A stretch of DNA of 64,000 nucleotides from a virus (Duplodnaviria > Caudoviricetes): the IMG/VR virus record IMGVR_UViG_3300033122_000343; one strand, written 5' to 3'. How positions within the stretch are numbered: the stretch's first letter is position 1; each line of letters starts with the position of its first letter. Below the pieces are notes generated by a model, which did not search any database, had not been told where the DNA came from, and saw nothing but the letters and a program-made list of their open reading frames with translations. This document shows positions 8,153 to 18,066 of the stretch, piece after piece. The position numbers and the translations under genes are program-made.

Positions 8153-10628
8153 GTGTAGGAACTTTTTCTACAGACCAACCAATAGAATCTAATATTGCTT
8201 TTAGTGGATCAAGAAATGATTTATCAAATTGTAAATCATAATCAATATATTGATTCAGTCCAATTTCTACAGGGAAATCATTAATAAATGAAATTACATT
8301 TTCATGTATTGGATTTGGTTTTTTTAAATATACAAATTTAATTTTTTCTCCATTAGCAATCGAATTATATTTTTTAGAAAGTCCTTTATTTTTAATGTAA
8401 TGATTGAATAACAAAGCACCTCTAACATGCATGGGTGTTCCTTTAGAATATATTGAAAGATTACTTTTATATTTCATTACATTTGATGCTGTTCTAGGAA
8501 ATGCAATATCCTCTGGGTTCAAAGTTTTAAATTTTTTACGAGATGTATCAATAAATTTTTGAACATCATCTTCTGTGCCATTCATCATCAACTTCAATGC
8601 TTCTTTAATCATTTGACGACATGGTGCAGGTGTAGAAGATTTAACTGCTTCAATACCCATCATTTTCAACTTAGGTTCTGTAAATCTTACACCTTCAATG
8701 TCCCATGAATTTAAAATATATCTCTTCTTTGCTGTCCATATACCACGTTCTGCTATTGTTTCTCTCTTCATAAACATTTTTTGTTCATATGCGTTGACGT
8801 ATTTTGCCAACGCTTCGTAAGAACTAGCAATATATTTTTCAAGTTCCATCTCACACACCTTATCAAGGAACGAAACAACGACTTCAGTAGTTTTCTCTCT
8901 CCCTTTGTATACACTTTCAACAAAAGAACCCATATTGAGATAGATAGAATCGGTATCAGAAGCAATAACATAATCTTCACCAGTTGTTTTTAGTATTTTA
9001 TTAAAGTATTCATTCATTTTATTTTCAATCCAACGTATGCTGAATTGACCACCAAGAGTAATTGCTTCAGCACATTCTAATTTGTAATAACGGAAGAAAT
9101 TATTGCCGATAGCACCATAAGCACTATTAAGTTGTATTTTTTTTGCCATCTGAATGTTGTTACACCTAGAAATTTCCTTTTCGAGTTCTTCTGATGGATT
9201 TTTTTCATACTTTTTTTTCGCTTTTAACATCTTCTTTTTGAAGATGACTCTTTCGTTATATATTCTCTCCATAATTATGGGTAAAAAACCACGCTTAGTG
9301 GTATCAAACTGTGCTCCATTGGGACATACTGTTTTACCATCTAAGTTATTAAACACAATCTCTTGATTGAGAAGTTTATCTACATTGACACTAGGATATT
9401 TCTCTTCTAACAGGGTTTCTGGAGATATATTGTACTGCATAATAAGATGAGGATAAAGACTATTGAGGTCGAAAGAAACAACCCAGTCATACCTACCAGG
9501 TATAGGTTCCTTAACATACGCTCCAGCATATTTTTCACTTTTTGCCTCCTCTATTTTTGGTGGAATAACAATATTTTTTTTCTTGAGATCGTTGTAGATA
9601 ATCATATCCCACATACGAACTTGATAAAAAACATCATTAAAATTTACTTTGGCATCAAACGCCATAGTGATGGCGAGTTCTACCAGTTTCATTTTTTCTT
9701 CTAAAGCATCAACAATTTTAACGTCTTGAATGTTGTACTCTACAAATTTTTGCCAGTTTCTTGTATAAAATTCTTTAAAAGTGTCAAACTCACTATGATC
9801 TAATTTTTTCTTACCGAGTTCTACTTCGCCAATAAAATCGAGTCGATAAGATTCTTGAGCTTTGTAGGTAAACTTTTTGTACAGATCAAGATAGTCTAAT
9901 ACGGTAACACCGCCAACATCATAAATGAGATGAGATCTACCAGCCATGTAAATCTCTTCATGTGTAACTAACCCCCATGGTGATAAACGTTTTGATGCTT
10001 TTTCTCCAAGCACACGAGTGATTCTTTTTGCTAGATATGGAATATCGTACAATTGACAGTTCCAACCCGTAACAACATCAGGAATATCTTGTTCCCAATA
10101 TCCTAAAAATTGATTAAGTAAATCATATTCATTTTCACATGCAATATATGTGACATTAGGATCATTATTTTTAAAAGAACCTATCCCAAAAGTAGTTATA
10201 AGTTTAGTAGAAAAGTTTTGTAAAGTTATACATAACATTTCTTCGTCACATTTTTCTACTGTTGGAAAACCGTTTTCTGATTGAACCTCTATATCTATAG
10301 TGACAAGATTTATTTTCTTTATATCATATTCAATACGTTCCTCTGGGTATCTAACAGACATATATTGATAGATATATCTTCTGTTCCCATATATTTTAAA
10401 ATTTTCTACACCATCATATTTTTTTATAAACTCTCTTGTATCTCTGACAGTTCCAGGTTTTATTGGTTGAACATACTCTCCCTCTAATGTTTTAAATTTT
10501 GTTCTTTTTTTACAAGGAACAAACAGGGTTGGTTGAAATTGTTCTCTAATTGTGAATCTTTCACCATTTTCATAACCACGGACAAGAAAATCATTACCCA
10601 CCATCTGTACGTTGGTATAAAATTTCAT
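8133..10628 (-). CDS. gp43: Family B DNA polymerase
   Basis: DIEV exonuclease I, SFDLNSLYP, KIQLNSAYG, ASDTDS motifs; start MKFYTNV at 10628 with ATGA overlap to upstream stop. Confidence 0.98.
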   Translation of the reverse strand: MKFYTNVQMVGNDFLVRGYENGERFTIREQFQPTLFVPCKKRTKFKTLEGEYVQPIKPGTVRDTREFIKKYDGVENFKIYGNRRYIYQYMSVRYPEERIEYDIKKINLVTIDIEVQSENGFPTVEKCDEEMLCITLQNFSTKLITTFGIGSFKNNDPNVTYIACENEYDLLNQFLGYWEQDIPDVVTGWNCQLYDIPYLAKRITRVLGEKASKRLSPWGLVTHEEIYMAGRSHLIYDVGGVTVLDYLDLYKKFTYKAQESYRLDFIGEVELGKKKLDHSEFDTFKEFYTRNWQKFVEYNIQDVKIVDALEEKMKLVELAITMAFDAKVNFNDVFYQVRMWDMIIYNDLKKKNIVIPPKIEEAKSEKYAGAYVKEPIPGRYDWVVSFDLNSLYPHLIMQYNISPETLLEEKYPSVNVDKLLNQEIVFNNLDGKTVCPNGAQFDTTKRGFLPIIMERIYNERVIFKKKMLKAKKKYEKNPSEELEKEISRCNNIQMAKKIQLNSAYGAIGNNFFRYYKLECAEAITLGGQFSIRWIENKMNEYFNKILKTTGEDYVIASDTDSIYLNMGSFVESVYKGREKTTEVVVSFLDKVCEMELEKYIASSYEALAKYVNAYEQKMFMKRETIAERGIWTAKKRYILNSWDIEGVRFTEPKLKMMGIEAVKSSTPAPCRQMIKEALKLMMNGTEDDVQKFIDTSRKKFKTLNPEDIAFPRTASNVMKYKSNLSIYSKGTPMHVRGALLFNHYIKNKGLSKKYNSIANGEKIKFVYLKKPNPIHENVISFINDFPVEIGLNQYIDYDLQFDKSFLDPLKAILDSIGWSVEKVPTLESFFV

Positions 10629-12010
10629 TCTAAATCCCTCACCATTGAACAAAAATTATTAAACAAATATTGTATATCGTTTTTACTCATATATGGAGGT
10701 GGCATATTTAAATATGACCCATCATCGTCTGCCCTCATCTCAACGATTAAATCATCACTAATAAAACCTGCATCAACTGCAATTTTCCGTAATTCTGTTC
10801 CGTGATAGGGTGTAAATATGAATCCGTTTAAATCATCAGAGCGAAGTTTTGCTGCTAGTTCAACAGATTTCATAGCATCATCCATGGTTTCATAAGGATA
10901 TCCAAATATAAAGTTACAAGTTGTAGATAGTCCTGCCTCATGTGCAATATCAAATGCCTTTATAGGTAAATCATTTTTGTATACTCTTTTAATATACTTG
11001 GATCTGAACTCTGGGCAACCATGTTCAACACCAATGTTTATTTTTTGACACCCTACTTCCTTTAAACGTTTTGCTTGATGAAGTGTAAACAATTCTGGTC
11101 TTGTTTGAGCAAAGAACGGCATGTTTAATTCACCCCACATATCACAAAATTCATCAAACTCTTTTGGTGGCATGGTCAGTAATGTATCTGTAATAACCCA
11201 TGCAAAAGTAATTTGATGTTTATCAATCAAATCAATCATTTCTTTTTTTATATGATCTATTGATCTTCTTCTAAAAAAAACACCTCCATTTTCTTCCTTG
11301 TATAAAGTATTTTTTCCAGGTGAATTGCAATATGTACATTTAAACGGACAACCTCTTTGTGTTTCTATAGTTGCAACCTTCACTATCTTCCCTTGAAAAG
11401 GTCTATATAGAGATTTTTCTGGAAATATTGTATGATCTGTAATTGGTAAAGTATTTACATCTAATACTGGTCTTAATGGATTAGGATGCACATTAAGAAC
11501 ATCTTTACAAGATAACCCTTTTGATATTAGTTCTATCATCTCAGGTATCGCTTCATCTCCTTCACCTCTACAAATATAATCACATTGATTTTCAAATATA
11601 TGAGGAGCAGCAGTAGGAAAAACACCACCCACAATGCTTATGAAAGACAGATCCTCCACCCTACTCATCATTTTTTTCCAAATGTAATATGTGTCTTCTA
11701 CTAATGATGAGATAATTACGTCAGGTTTATAATCAATAACTTTTTGTCTCCATGCATCATACATGTCAACATTTTCTATTCTAAAACCAGTGCCATCCCA
11801 TGTATATTCTGGGAGCATACCTCTTTTCGACCTTTCTTTATCCCTATCTGTTCTAGAAGATTCTAACGAAGTGTCAATAGGAAACCAAGTAGAATCAAAT
11901 AATTCCACATCATTCCAACCTGCACGTTTAAGACATGCCGTTATTATTGCAATGCCACCTGGTGGAGTAACTCTAAGGTGTTGATTTGGGTAACACCAAA
12001 GTATTTTCAT
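10625..12010 (-). CDS. Cobalamin-binding-domain radical SAM protein
   Basis: N-terminal PPGGIA.ITA.L, IVGGVFPT, ICRGEGD B12-domain features; ETQRGCPFKCTYC; C-terminal FIFGYP.ET, TPYHGTEL. Confidence 0.9.
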   Translation of the reverse strand: MKILWCYPNQHLRVTPPGGIAIITACLKRAGWNDVELFDSTWFPIDTSLESSRTDRDKERSKRGMLPEYTWDGTGFRIENVDMYDAWRQKVIDYKPDVIISSLVEDTYYIWKKMMSRVEDLSFISIVGGVFPTAAPHIFENQCDYICRGEGDEAIPEMIELISKGLSCKDVLNVHPNPLRPVLDVNTLPITDHTIFPEKSLYRPFQGKIVKVATIETQRGCPFKCTYCNSPGKNTLYKEENGGVFFRRRSIDHIKKEMIDLIDKHQITFAWVITDTLLTMPPKEFDEFCDMWGELNMPFFAQTRPELFTLHQAKRLKEVGCQKINIGVEHGCPEFRSKYIKRVYKNDLPIKAFDIAHEAGLSTTCNFIFGYPYETMDDAMKSVELAAKLRSDDLNGFIFTPYHGTELRKIAVDAGFISDDLIVEMRADDDGSYLNMPPPYMSKNDIQYLFNNFCSMVRDLE

Positions 12011-12270
12011 CCGTCATTTAAACTGTTATATTTTGCTAGTTGTTCTTCTGTTGGATCTACAATTGTTAATATAAAATCGGAGTGAATCATCAACTCTTTT
12101 TGATTGGTGAACCAAGGCCATGAAGAGTAAGTAATTGTATTTTTATATGGATCTGCAACCATCTCAAAAGGTCTATGTAATTTACAATCTGGTTCACCTA
12201 AATCCGTACTAACCTCAGTTAAACGGGCAATCAACACTAAGTTATTTTTTAATAATAAAACTTTTATCAT
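12007..12270 (-). CDS. conserved cyanophage hypothetical protein
   Basis: 87-aa ORF with GEPDCKL..PF motif, typically located upstream of gp43. Confidence 0.75.
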   Translation of the reverse strand: MIKVLLLKNNLVLIARLTEVSTDLGEPDCKLHRPFEMVADPYKNTITYSSWPWFTNQKELMIHSDFILTIVDPTEEQLAKYNSLNDG

Positions 12271-13007
12271 AAAGACAGACTCTTTGATTTCAATTCTAGT
12301 CCAACCTTACGTACTTTGTCAATGTAACCTGCGTTTCTTAATTCCTTAAAAACAAGATTTTCCATACCATATTCACCATATTTTTGTATTGAAGCACCTC
12401 TTGCATCTCTCAATTTTTTAACTGCTGCTTTTAAACCCACAGCATTGTTACTTTGCAGTAGTCTATCAAGTATATTTTTAGCATTATTTACTTTTTTTTC
12501 TAATTCTTTTTCGTCAATACCAACATCTGCTTTTTCTGGTTCTTGTAACCATTTATTTTTTAAAATACTGTATACACCCTGTGATTTTTTTCTTACAATA
12601 TTTGGTCTTTCAATGTATGGTTCTGCTTTTACACCAAAAATTTTCACATCATGAGTCAGTTCCCATAATGTTTTTTTATCCTTATAGTAATCATCAATGA
12701 ATTCTGGATCACAATCAGGAACAAAGGATGGATTTATAACTAAATGAACATCCAAATCTGAATATTTTGTGTAATTATAACCTGCATTACCACCTAGTAA
12801 AATTATATCTATGATAGATTCCTCTGGTAGATCAACGTACTCTGCAAAAGATTTACCAAACCTCATCAAAGCATTTCTTACCACTGGTTTTAAAAACTTT
12901 CCTTCCCAAAAAATAGAATTTAATTTATCTCTAAACTTCAAAGTCAGATCCTCGTTCAATCGACGAAGATCTGACGCTGAAATGTGTTTTCTTACTCTAC
13001 TATACAC
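12267..13007 (-). CDS. Pol-beta-superfamily nucleotidyltransferase-like protein
   Basis: LGGNAGYNYTKYSDLDVHL (G[GS]..DxD), EPYIE, GVYS....W, ENLVFKELRN; late promoter at 13027-13033. Confidence 0.8.
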   Translation of the reverse strand: MYSRVRKHISASDLRRLNEDLTLKFRDKLNSIFWEGKFLKPVVRNALMRFGKSFAEYVDLPEESIIDIILLGGNAGYNYTKYSDLDVHLVINPSFVPDCDPEFIDDYYKDKKTLWELTHDVKIFGVKAEPYIERPNIVRKKSQGVYSILKNKWLQEPEKADVGIDEKELEKKVNNAKNILDRLLQSNNAVGLKAAVKKLRDARGASIQKYGEYGMENLVFKELRNAGYIDKVRKVGLELKSKSLSL

Positions 13008-13029
13008 AACCTAATAACTTTTTAGTTAT

Positions 13030-13452
13030 TTAGAGGTAATCCTTGCGTGAATGATGTTCTGGAACTACTTTATTAAGTTGTACAGTTAATAATCCATCTT
13101 CAAATACAACATTTTTGACGATAGAATCTTCAGACAATGCCCAAGATCTTTTAAATGATCTGTTTGACAGTCCTCTGTGTTGATAATCATTATCTTTTTT
13201 ATCTTCTTTATTTCCTTCGACGATTAATTTACCGTATTCTGTGTATACTTTCACCTCTTTTTTCTTAAATCCCGCTAAAGCAATCTCTAATTTAGATTCA
13301 TGATTGTTTAGTTGAATAATATTATAAGGTGGATAATTTGTAGAGTGAGAATTAATTAGTGAGTCGAAATAAGTATCTAAACCAATACTATTTCTGGTGA
13401 TTTGATCTACTAGTGATGATAAATCATTTACACCTAATCTTAAATTGTCCAT
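13030..13452 (-). CDS. hsp20: Small heat shock protein
   Basis: NYPPYNI, LEIALAGF, HRGLSNRSF, FEDGLL motifs. Confidence 0.96.
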   Translation of the reverse strand: MDNLRLGVNDLSSLVDQITRNSIGLDTYFDSLINSHSTNYPPYNIIQLNNHESKLEIALAGFKKKEVKVYTEYGKLIVEGNKEDKKDNDYQHRGLSNRSFKRSWALSEDSIVKNVVFEDGLLTVQLNKVVPEHHSRKDYL

Positions 13453-13454
13453 GT

Positions 13455-13507
13455 GACCTCCTTGAGCGTCTAGTGTGATGTCCCCGTAGGCGACATTACT
13501 AATTATA
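13455..13507 (-). promoter_or_regulatory. hsp20 promoter-like TATAATTA plus two-hairpin 5' leader sequestering the SD (RNA-thermometer-like)
   Basis: Hairpin AUGUC-G-CC(UACG)GG-GACAU at 13478-13496; hairpin GAC-G-CUC(AAG)GAG-GUC at 13455-13470 containing AGGAGG. Confidence 0.65.
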
Positions 13508-13559
13508 AGACTTACTTCTATTTCAGGATGAGGAAAACAATACTATTCTTTTAGAGATT

Positions 13560-14606
13560 TCACCCTTTATATTTAAATAATTCTATTTTTTTATCTATTT
13601 CACCTTTTTGTTTATTACCACAGTGTTTATTACATTCTCTAATACATCTATTTTCAAATAAAGTTTTCATTTCATCTCTTTTCAAACAAAATTTTTCTAC
13701 TATATTGTCCCATGAATTTGTTCTGATATTATTATTAAAATTCATCAGTGATGGTACCATCGTTTTTTTCACATCATACTTATATTCCATGTTTGCCGAA
13801 GCCCACCAACAACATGGAAACACATCACCCTCGCACGATATAAAAAGTTCCTTTTCAGTTGACCCTTTACACTTCACAGGAATCTCCTCTTTATAGTGAA
13901 CCCATTTATTAAAATCGTATTCTTTTCCTTTTCTATCAACGACTTTTTTAGTATATTTTAATTCAATATTCTTAGTAAGATGTTTATATTTTTCTTTTTC
14001 ATCACCTGTATATCTACCTCTTTCTGATGGTTTTTTCATTTCAAATCTTTTAAAACCCATTTTTATCGCCATATCTCTTGCTTCTTCAACTTGATGTTCA
14101 TTATGTTTAAAAACCAAATATTGCCACTCAGCATACCCCCCTGCATCTATGAAAGCTTGTGCATTTTCTTTTATTTTCTTGAAGTCTGTACCAACCCTGT
14201 AGATGTGATTAGTATCTTCTAAACCGTCAATATCAAAAGTTATTATATTATAACCTATAGTTCTTTTACTTAAAAGTTTACCGAAGTCATACCAAAATTT
14301 TTTATCGTGCATGCTCCCATTAGTTTTTATGACAATAAAAACATCCTTTTCAATTATATAATCACATATCTCATAAATTTCTGGACACAATAATGGATCA
14401 CCAAAATTACCACAAAAAGATATGACCTCTAAATTTTGAAAATTTATTTTTTTTATATCTTCAAGAGTTAAATTCTTGATCCCAGAATTACCTACTATGG
14501 GTGTTCCTGTCCTCGGACACAATGGACATTTAGAATTACATGCATTAGTTAATTCTATGTGTAATTTATTTACTACACCATCATCGTAAAAAATACTCAT
14601 AACCAA
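13560..14606 (-). CDS. Radical SAM protein with C-terminal SPASM/twitch-like Cys cluster
   Basis: ELTNACNSKCPLC, CGNFGDP, TNGS, FDIDGLED, C..x..ISCEGDVFPCC, CNKHC. Confidence 0.88.
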   Translation of the reverse strand: MVMSIFYDDGVVNKLHIELTNACNSKCPLCPRTGTPIVGNSGIKNLTLEDIKKINFQNLEVISFCGNFGDPLLCPEIYEICDYIIEKDVFIVIKTNGSMHDKKFWYDFGKLLSKRTIGYNIITFDIDGLEDTNHIYRVGTDFKKIKENAQAFIDAGGYAEWQYLVFKHNEHQVEEARDMAIKMGFKRFEMKKPSERGRYTGDEKEKYKHLTKNIELKYTKKVVDRKGKEYDFNKWVHYKEEIPVKCKGSTEKELFISCEGDVFPCCWWASANMEYKYDVKKTMVPSLMNFNNNIRTNSWDNIVEKFCLKRDEMKTLFENRCIRECNKHCGNKQKGEIDKKIELFKYKG

Positions 14607-15556
14607 ACAATATTATTATCTCTTTTCGTGGTGCCACAATGTGTTACACATGTAGGCAGATCATTATTACTCCATCCCTCTTTCATAATTTTACTTTTGG
14701 TTTGATAAGCATTTACAATATTTTCCCAAGAGTTTGTATGTAAAGAAATATCTATGTCACTTACAACTTTTGCAAAATCACAATTTTCTATTTCCTTATA
14801 CTTATAAGGAAAGTATGCACCCCCCCAATGACAACAAGGTAATACATCACCATCACAAGAGATGTAAAATTTATAAGTTTTATTATTTTTCGATGCTCTA
14901 CAAATAACTTCTTTCTTTTTTTTATAAACATTTTCAAGTGATGCCCAACCAGAATTTACAAATTTAATCGAGGTATCATTTGTTCTTCGTATTGCTCGTT
15001 TTAATTTAAATGTTTTAAATCCTAAAGATTTTGATAATTCTCTTGCTTCTTCAACTTGATCTTTATTATGATCAAAAATTAAAAATTGCCATCCTGCATT
15101 TCCACCAGCAGAAATATATGATTTAACATTATCTATTATTTTATCCCAATCAGTGCCTATTCTGTATATGCTATTTGTATCTTTTAAACCATCCAAAGCA
15201 AAAGTTACTCTTGAATTAGTATTGGCAAATAATTTACCTAATTTACCCCACCAATCAGAACTTCTTATCGAACCATTAGTATCAATATTTAAATCATAAT
15301 CTTTAAAATAATCACATATATCATATATTTCATCGCACAAAATAGGATCACCATAGTTGCCACACATAAAAACATGCGTCAACCGACTTATGTTTATTTT
15401 TTTTATTAAATCTAATGTTAGTTCTTTTATACCTGAATTTTTAATTGATATAGAATTTGTTCTTGGACAATGTGGACATCTTGAATTACATCTATTTGTC
15501 GGTTCTATATGCAATTTTTTTACTCCAAGTTCATTTACATTATCATAGAAAAACAT
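14597..15556 (-). CDS. Radical SAM protein with SPASM/twitch-like domain (paralogue of adjacent gene)
   Basis: EPTNRCNSRCPHC, CGNYGDP, TNGS, FALDGL, ISCDGDVLPCC, CVTHC. Confidence 0.88.
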   Translation of the reverse strand: MFFYDNVNELGVKKLHIEPTNRCNSRCPHCPRTNSISIKNSGIKELTLDLIKKINISRLTHVFMCGNYGDPILCDEIYDICDYFKDYDLNIDTNGSIRSSDWWGKLGKLFANTNSRVTFALDGLKDTNSIYRIGTDWDKIIDNVKSYISAGGNAGWQFLIFDHNKDQVEEARELSKSLGFKTFKLKRAIRRTNDTSIKFVNSGWASLENVYKKKKEVICRASKNNKTYKFYISCDGDVLPCCHWGGAYFPYKYKEIENCDFAKVVSDIDISLHTNSWENIVNAYQTKSKIMKEGWSNNDLPTCVTHCGTTKRDNNIVWL

Positions 15557-15984
15557 TAATCTTGAGTTTTTTTCTTTCCTATATTATACTTGGTTTCTAA
15601 TATCCAATCACCTTTTTCTTTATATGCAATGACTTTTATTTGATTTAAAGGTGCAATATCTGTAATTGTTTCTGGTTTTAATATAGTAATCAAACCCCAG
15701 TCAGATAATAGTTGTATGATTCTATTTCTACGTTGCACATCGTTTATACTTAGGTTTGCTTTCTTACCATCAAGAGCAAACAATTCCTTGAAATGCACAA
15801 TAAAATATCTACCTTGTTTATGTAAGATATGACATGATTGATATAGTTTTTTTTCTTTACGAGATGCCACCCCTATGCGAGTGAGAGTTTCTCTTACCTT
15901 CAAAAAATCGTCAGGTTCTGCAAGAGTAACCTCAGTCATTAAATCTGGAGTCCAATTATATTCTGGTTCTATTACTACACTCAT
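15556..15984 (-). CDS. regA: Translational repressor RegA
   Basis: DDFLKVRETLTRIGVAS, LYQSCHILHKQGRYFIVHFKELF. Confidence 0.97.
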   Translation of the reverse strand: MSVVIEPEYNWTPDLMTEVTLAEPDDFLKVRETLTRIGVASRKEKKLYQSCHILHKQGRYFIVHFKELFALDGKKANLSINDVQRRNRIIQLLSDWGLITILKPETITDIAPLNQIKVIAYKEKGDWILETKYNIGKKKTQD

Positions 15985-16364
15985 CTCAATCCTCCAGTAT
16001 CAAGTTTAGATTTAATAGTTTTCAACTGATCATTAGATAAAAGTTTAAGTGCCTGTCTTGCTTTATCGTTACTATATCCATAATAACTTTTTACCAAATC
16101 AAGGTTCTCTACATCTTCTTTGCGAAGCCAAGGAGAGTATCTTTTCTTAGATCTCAAAGTATTTAGATAAAAATCATATTGTAGACGTTTATCAAGATGG
16201 TTATTTATATTCATTTCATTAGCGAACATAATCGCATCAAGATGACCAGACATACACCTGTTGATTATGTAAGGTGGATACTTGGACTCAATATTGTGAT
16301 CTTCATCCATCAAATTTTTTTTTGATACGTTGATAGAATTCAACCAATCTTTTAATTCAATCAT
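15981..16364 (-). CDS. gp62: Clamp loader small subunit
   Basis: YPPYIINRCMS, ANEMN, QYDFY, YYGYS..KA; synteny with regA. Confidence 0.93.
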   Translation of the reverse strand: MIELKDWLNSINVSKKNLMDEDHNIESKYPPYIINRCMSGHLDAIMFANEMNINNHLDKRLQYDFYLNTLRSKKRYSPWLRKEDVENLDLVKSYYGYSNDKARQALKLLSNDQLKTIKSKLDTGGLR

Positions 16365-16555
16365 GATAAAAGGTCTATCCTTTTTTGAATATATGCTTTT
16401 GCTTTCTTAAGATCTTCTAACTCGTCATCTTTATGTCCAGCACGACAAACATACTTTATTACATTACCACTAAAGTAATCTAAATTTTGATCTGCAATGA
16501 AATCCCATACCTGTATTTTTCCACGTTGATAATGAGAAGGAGATATCTTATTCAC
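16361..16555 (-). CDS. DUF3310-like protein
   Basis: SPSHY..G.I...DFI, GNVIKYVCRAGHK, EDLKKA..Y. Confidence 0.85.
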   Translation of the reverse strand: MNKISPSHYQRGKIQVWDFIADQNLDYFSGNVIKYVCRAGHKDDELEDLKKAKAYIQKRIDLLS

Positions 16556-17444
16556 TTAACAACCCCTCTCTTTTTAAAGCACCATAGTTGTAGCAAGCAC
16601 CTAATGGACTTATCTTAGGATAATTTACTAAAACTAATTCTTTTCTTTTATCTTGATCATACATATAATCACCAACTGATCTCATGGTGTATGTGTGATT
16701 ATATTCAAACGCTCTCCAGTCTTTAAATCTATCCCTAACTATTTGAGAAGCGTTGTAACTGACCATAATATCGTGGCAAGAATCACTACAAATGTCAGCA
16801 AATTTGTCGTGACTAAATCCTCGATGAAGACTACCTTTTTTTCCGTAAAGATTGTCCTTAATTTCATAAGGAGGATCAAGGTAAATAAACGTTTTCTTTT
16901 TAGTGTTTTCATTTAGAATTTTTTCATAGGATTTTTGTGTGATAACCCACTCCTTTATTATATTGCCATACTCAGATAATTTATCTATTCCTCTGACAGT
17001 AAAATTAGAGTCAGATGCTTGAGGAGAAAAAGATGAAGATTCAGTTAGTCCACTAAAACTACACTTGTTTACAATATAAAAAGATACAGCACGATCCAAA
17101 TCTGAATAAAGAGGATCATTAATGATATCTTTTGCAGATAAGAAAAGAGATTTTGCACTGTCATGATCAGGGTTCTCCTTTTTTAATTTAGACAAGGAAG
17201 AATGTAAATCTTCTGTATTTGTCTGTAATTGTTGCCAAAACAAAACTAATGGTTCATACAAATCATTAACTTTAATTTTTATATGTGGAAATTGTTGTGA
17301 GACATACAATGCAACAGATGCACCACCCAAAAATGGTTCAATATATTGATCGTAAGAACTTAATGAAGGAAGAAAAGATTTTAATTTACTTACAGCACGA
17401 GACTTACCACCAGGATATCTAAGTGGGGTTTTAAAGTTTGTCAT
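16548..17444 (-). CDS. dam: DNA adenine methyltransferase (D12 class)
   Basis: LRYPGGKS, EPFLGG, ND.Y, YLDPPY. Confidence 0.92.
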   Translation of the reverse strand: MTNFKTPLRYPGGKSRAVSKLKSFLPSLSSYDQYIEPFLGGASVALYVSQQFPHIKIKVNDLYEPLVLFWQQLQTNTEDLHSSLSKLKKENPDHDSAKSLFLSAKDIINDPLYSDLDRAVSFYIVNKCSFSGLTESSSFSPQASDSNFTVRGIDKLSEYGNIIKEWVITQKSYEKILNENTKKKTFIYLDPPYEIKDNLYGKKGSLHRGFSHDKFADICSDSCHDIMVSYNASQIVRDRFKDWRAFEYNHTYTMRSVGDYMYDQDKRKELVLVNYPKISPLGACYNYGALKREGLLSE

Positions 17445-18066
17445 TTTTCTCCTTAAATTTTAAAAAGAAATTTGTAGATAAACTTATTCTTTCTACATCA
17501 GCGTTGAAAGGATACACATGATGTTGTAACCATGCAGGAAATAAATAAATGTCCTTTTCTTCTGGTTCTAAAGGTCCTAGTTTTATTGAATTATGAGGTG
17601 CCCATTGCCCATAGAAAAATTCCACTTTGCCACCAGAGGGTGCTCTACCACGCTGTGTGGGGTGTTTCCATTCATCTTTTAATTCTCTAGGGACTTGTGC
17701 ATACACAATACATGAAAAGTCTCCTGAGTGTATATGAGGTGGATTCCATTCACCTTTTTTTTGAACATTAATCCATGGTATTTCTAAATCGATATTTGAT
17801 AACTCTGTTCCTACTGGTGGTTGATAAGTTCCTACTTTTATCTGTGCTTTAATATAATCAGTTACAAATTCTTGAAGTTCGTCTACAGTTTCTTCTGATA
17901 TTTTATAAGAAATTTCTTTATCAATATTTCCTGCCAATCTAGAATTTGCTTCTATTGTTGACGTTTTAGATGCCTCTAGAATTTCATCACGAAATCTATC
18001 ACTGATAGTGTTTTTATACATCGTAGGACCAAACGGTCTCATTATAAGACCAGGTTTAATTTTCAT
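17431..18066 (-). CDS. 2OG-Fe(II) oxygenase-like protein
   Basis: WINVQKKGEWNPPHIH, LFPAWLQHHVYPF, ERISLS motifs. Confidence 0.85.
   Translation of the reverse strand: MKIKPGLIMRPFGPTMYKNTISDRFRDEILEASKTSTIEANSRLAGNIDKEISYKISEETVDELQEFVTDYIKAQIKVGTYQPPVGTELSNIDLEIPWINVQKKGEWNPPHIHSGDFSCIVYAQVPRELKDEWKHPTQRGRAPSGGKVEFFYGQWAPHNSIKLGPLEPEEKDIYLFPAWLQHHVYPFNADVERISLSTNFFLKFKEKNDKL

Noticed and set aside
8133-10628. Intron/intein or homing endonuclease in gp43 (also checked gp41, gp17, gp20, uvsW)
   Set aside because: Lengths are typical and motifs contiguous
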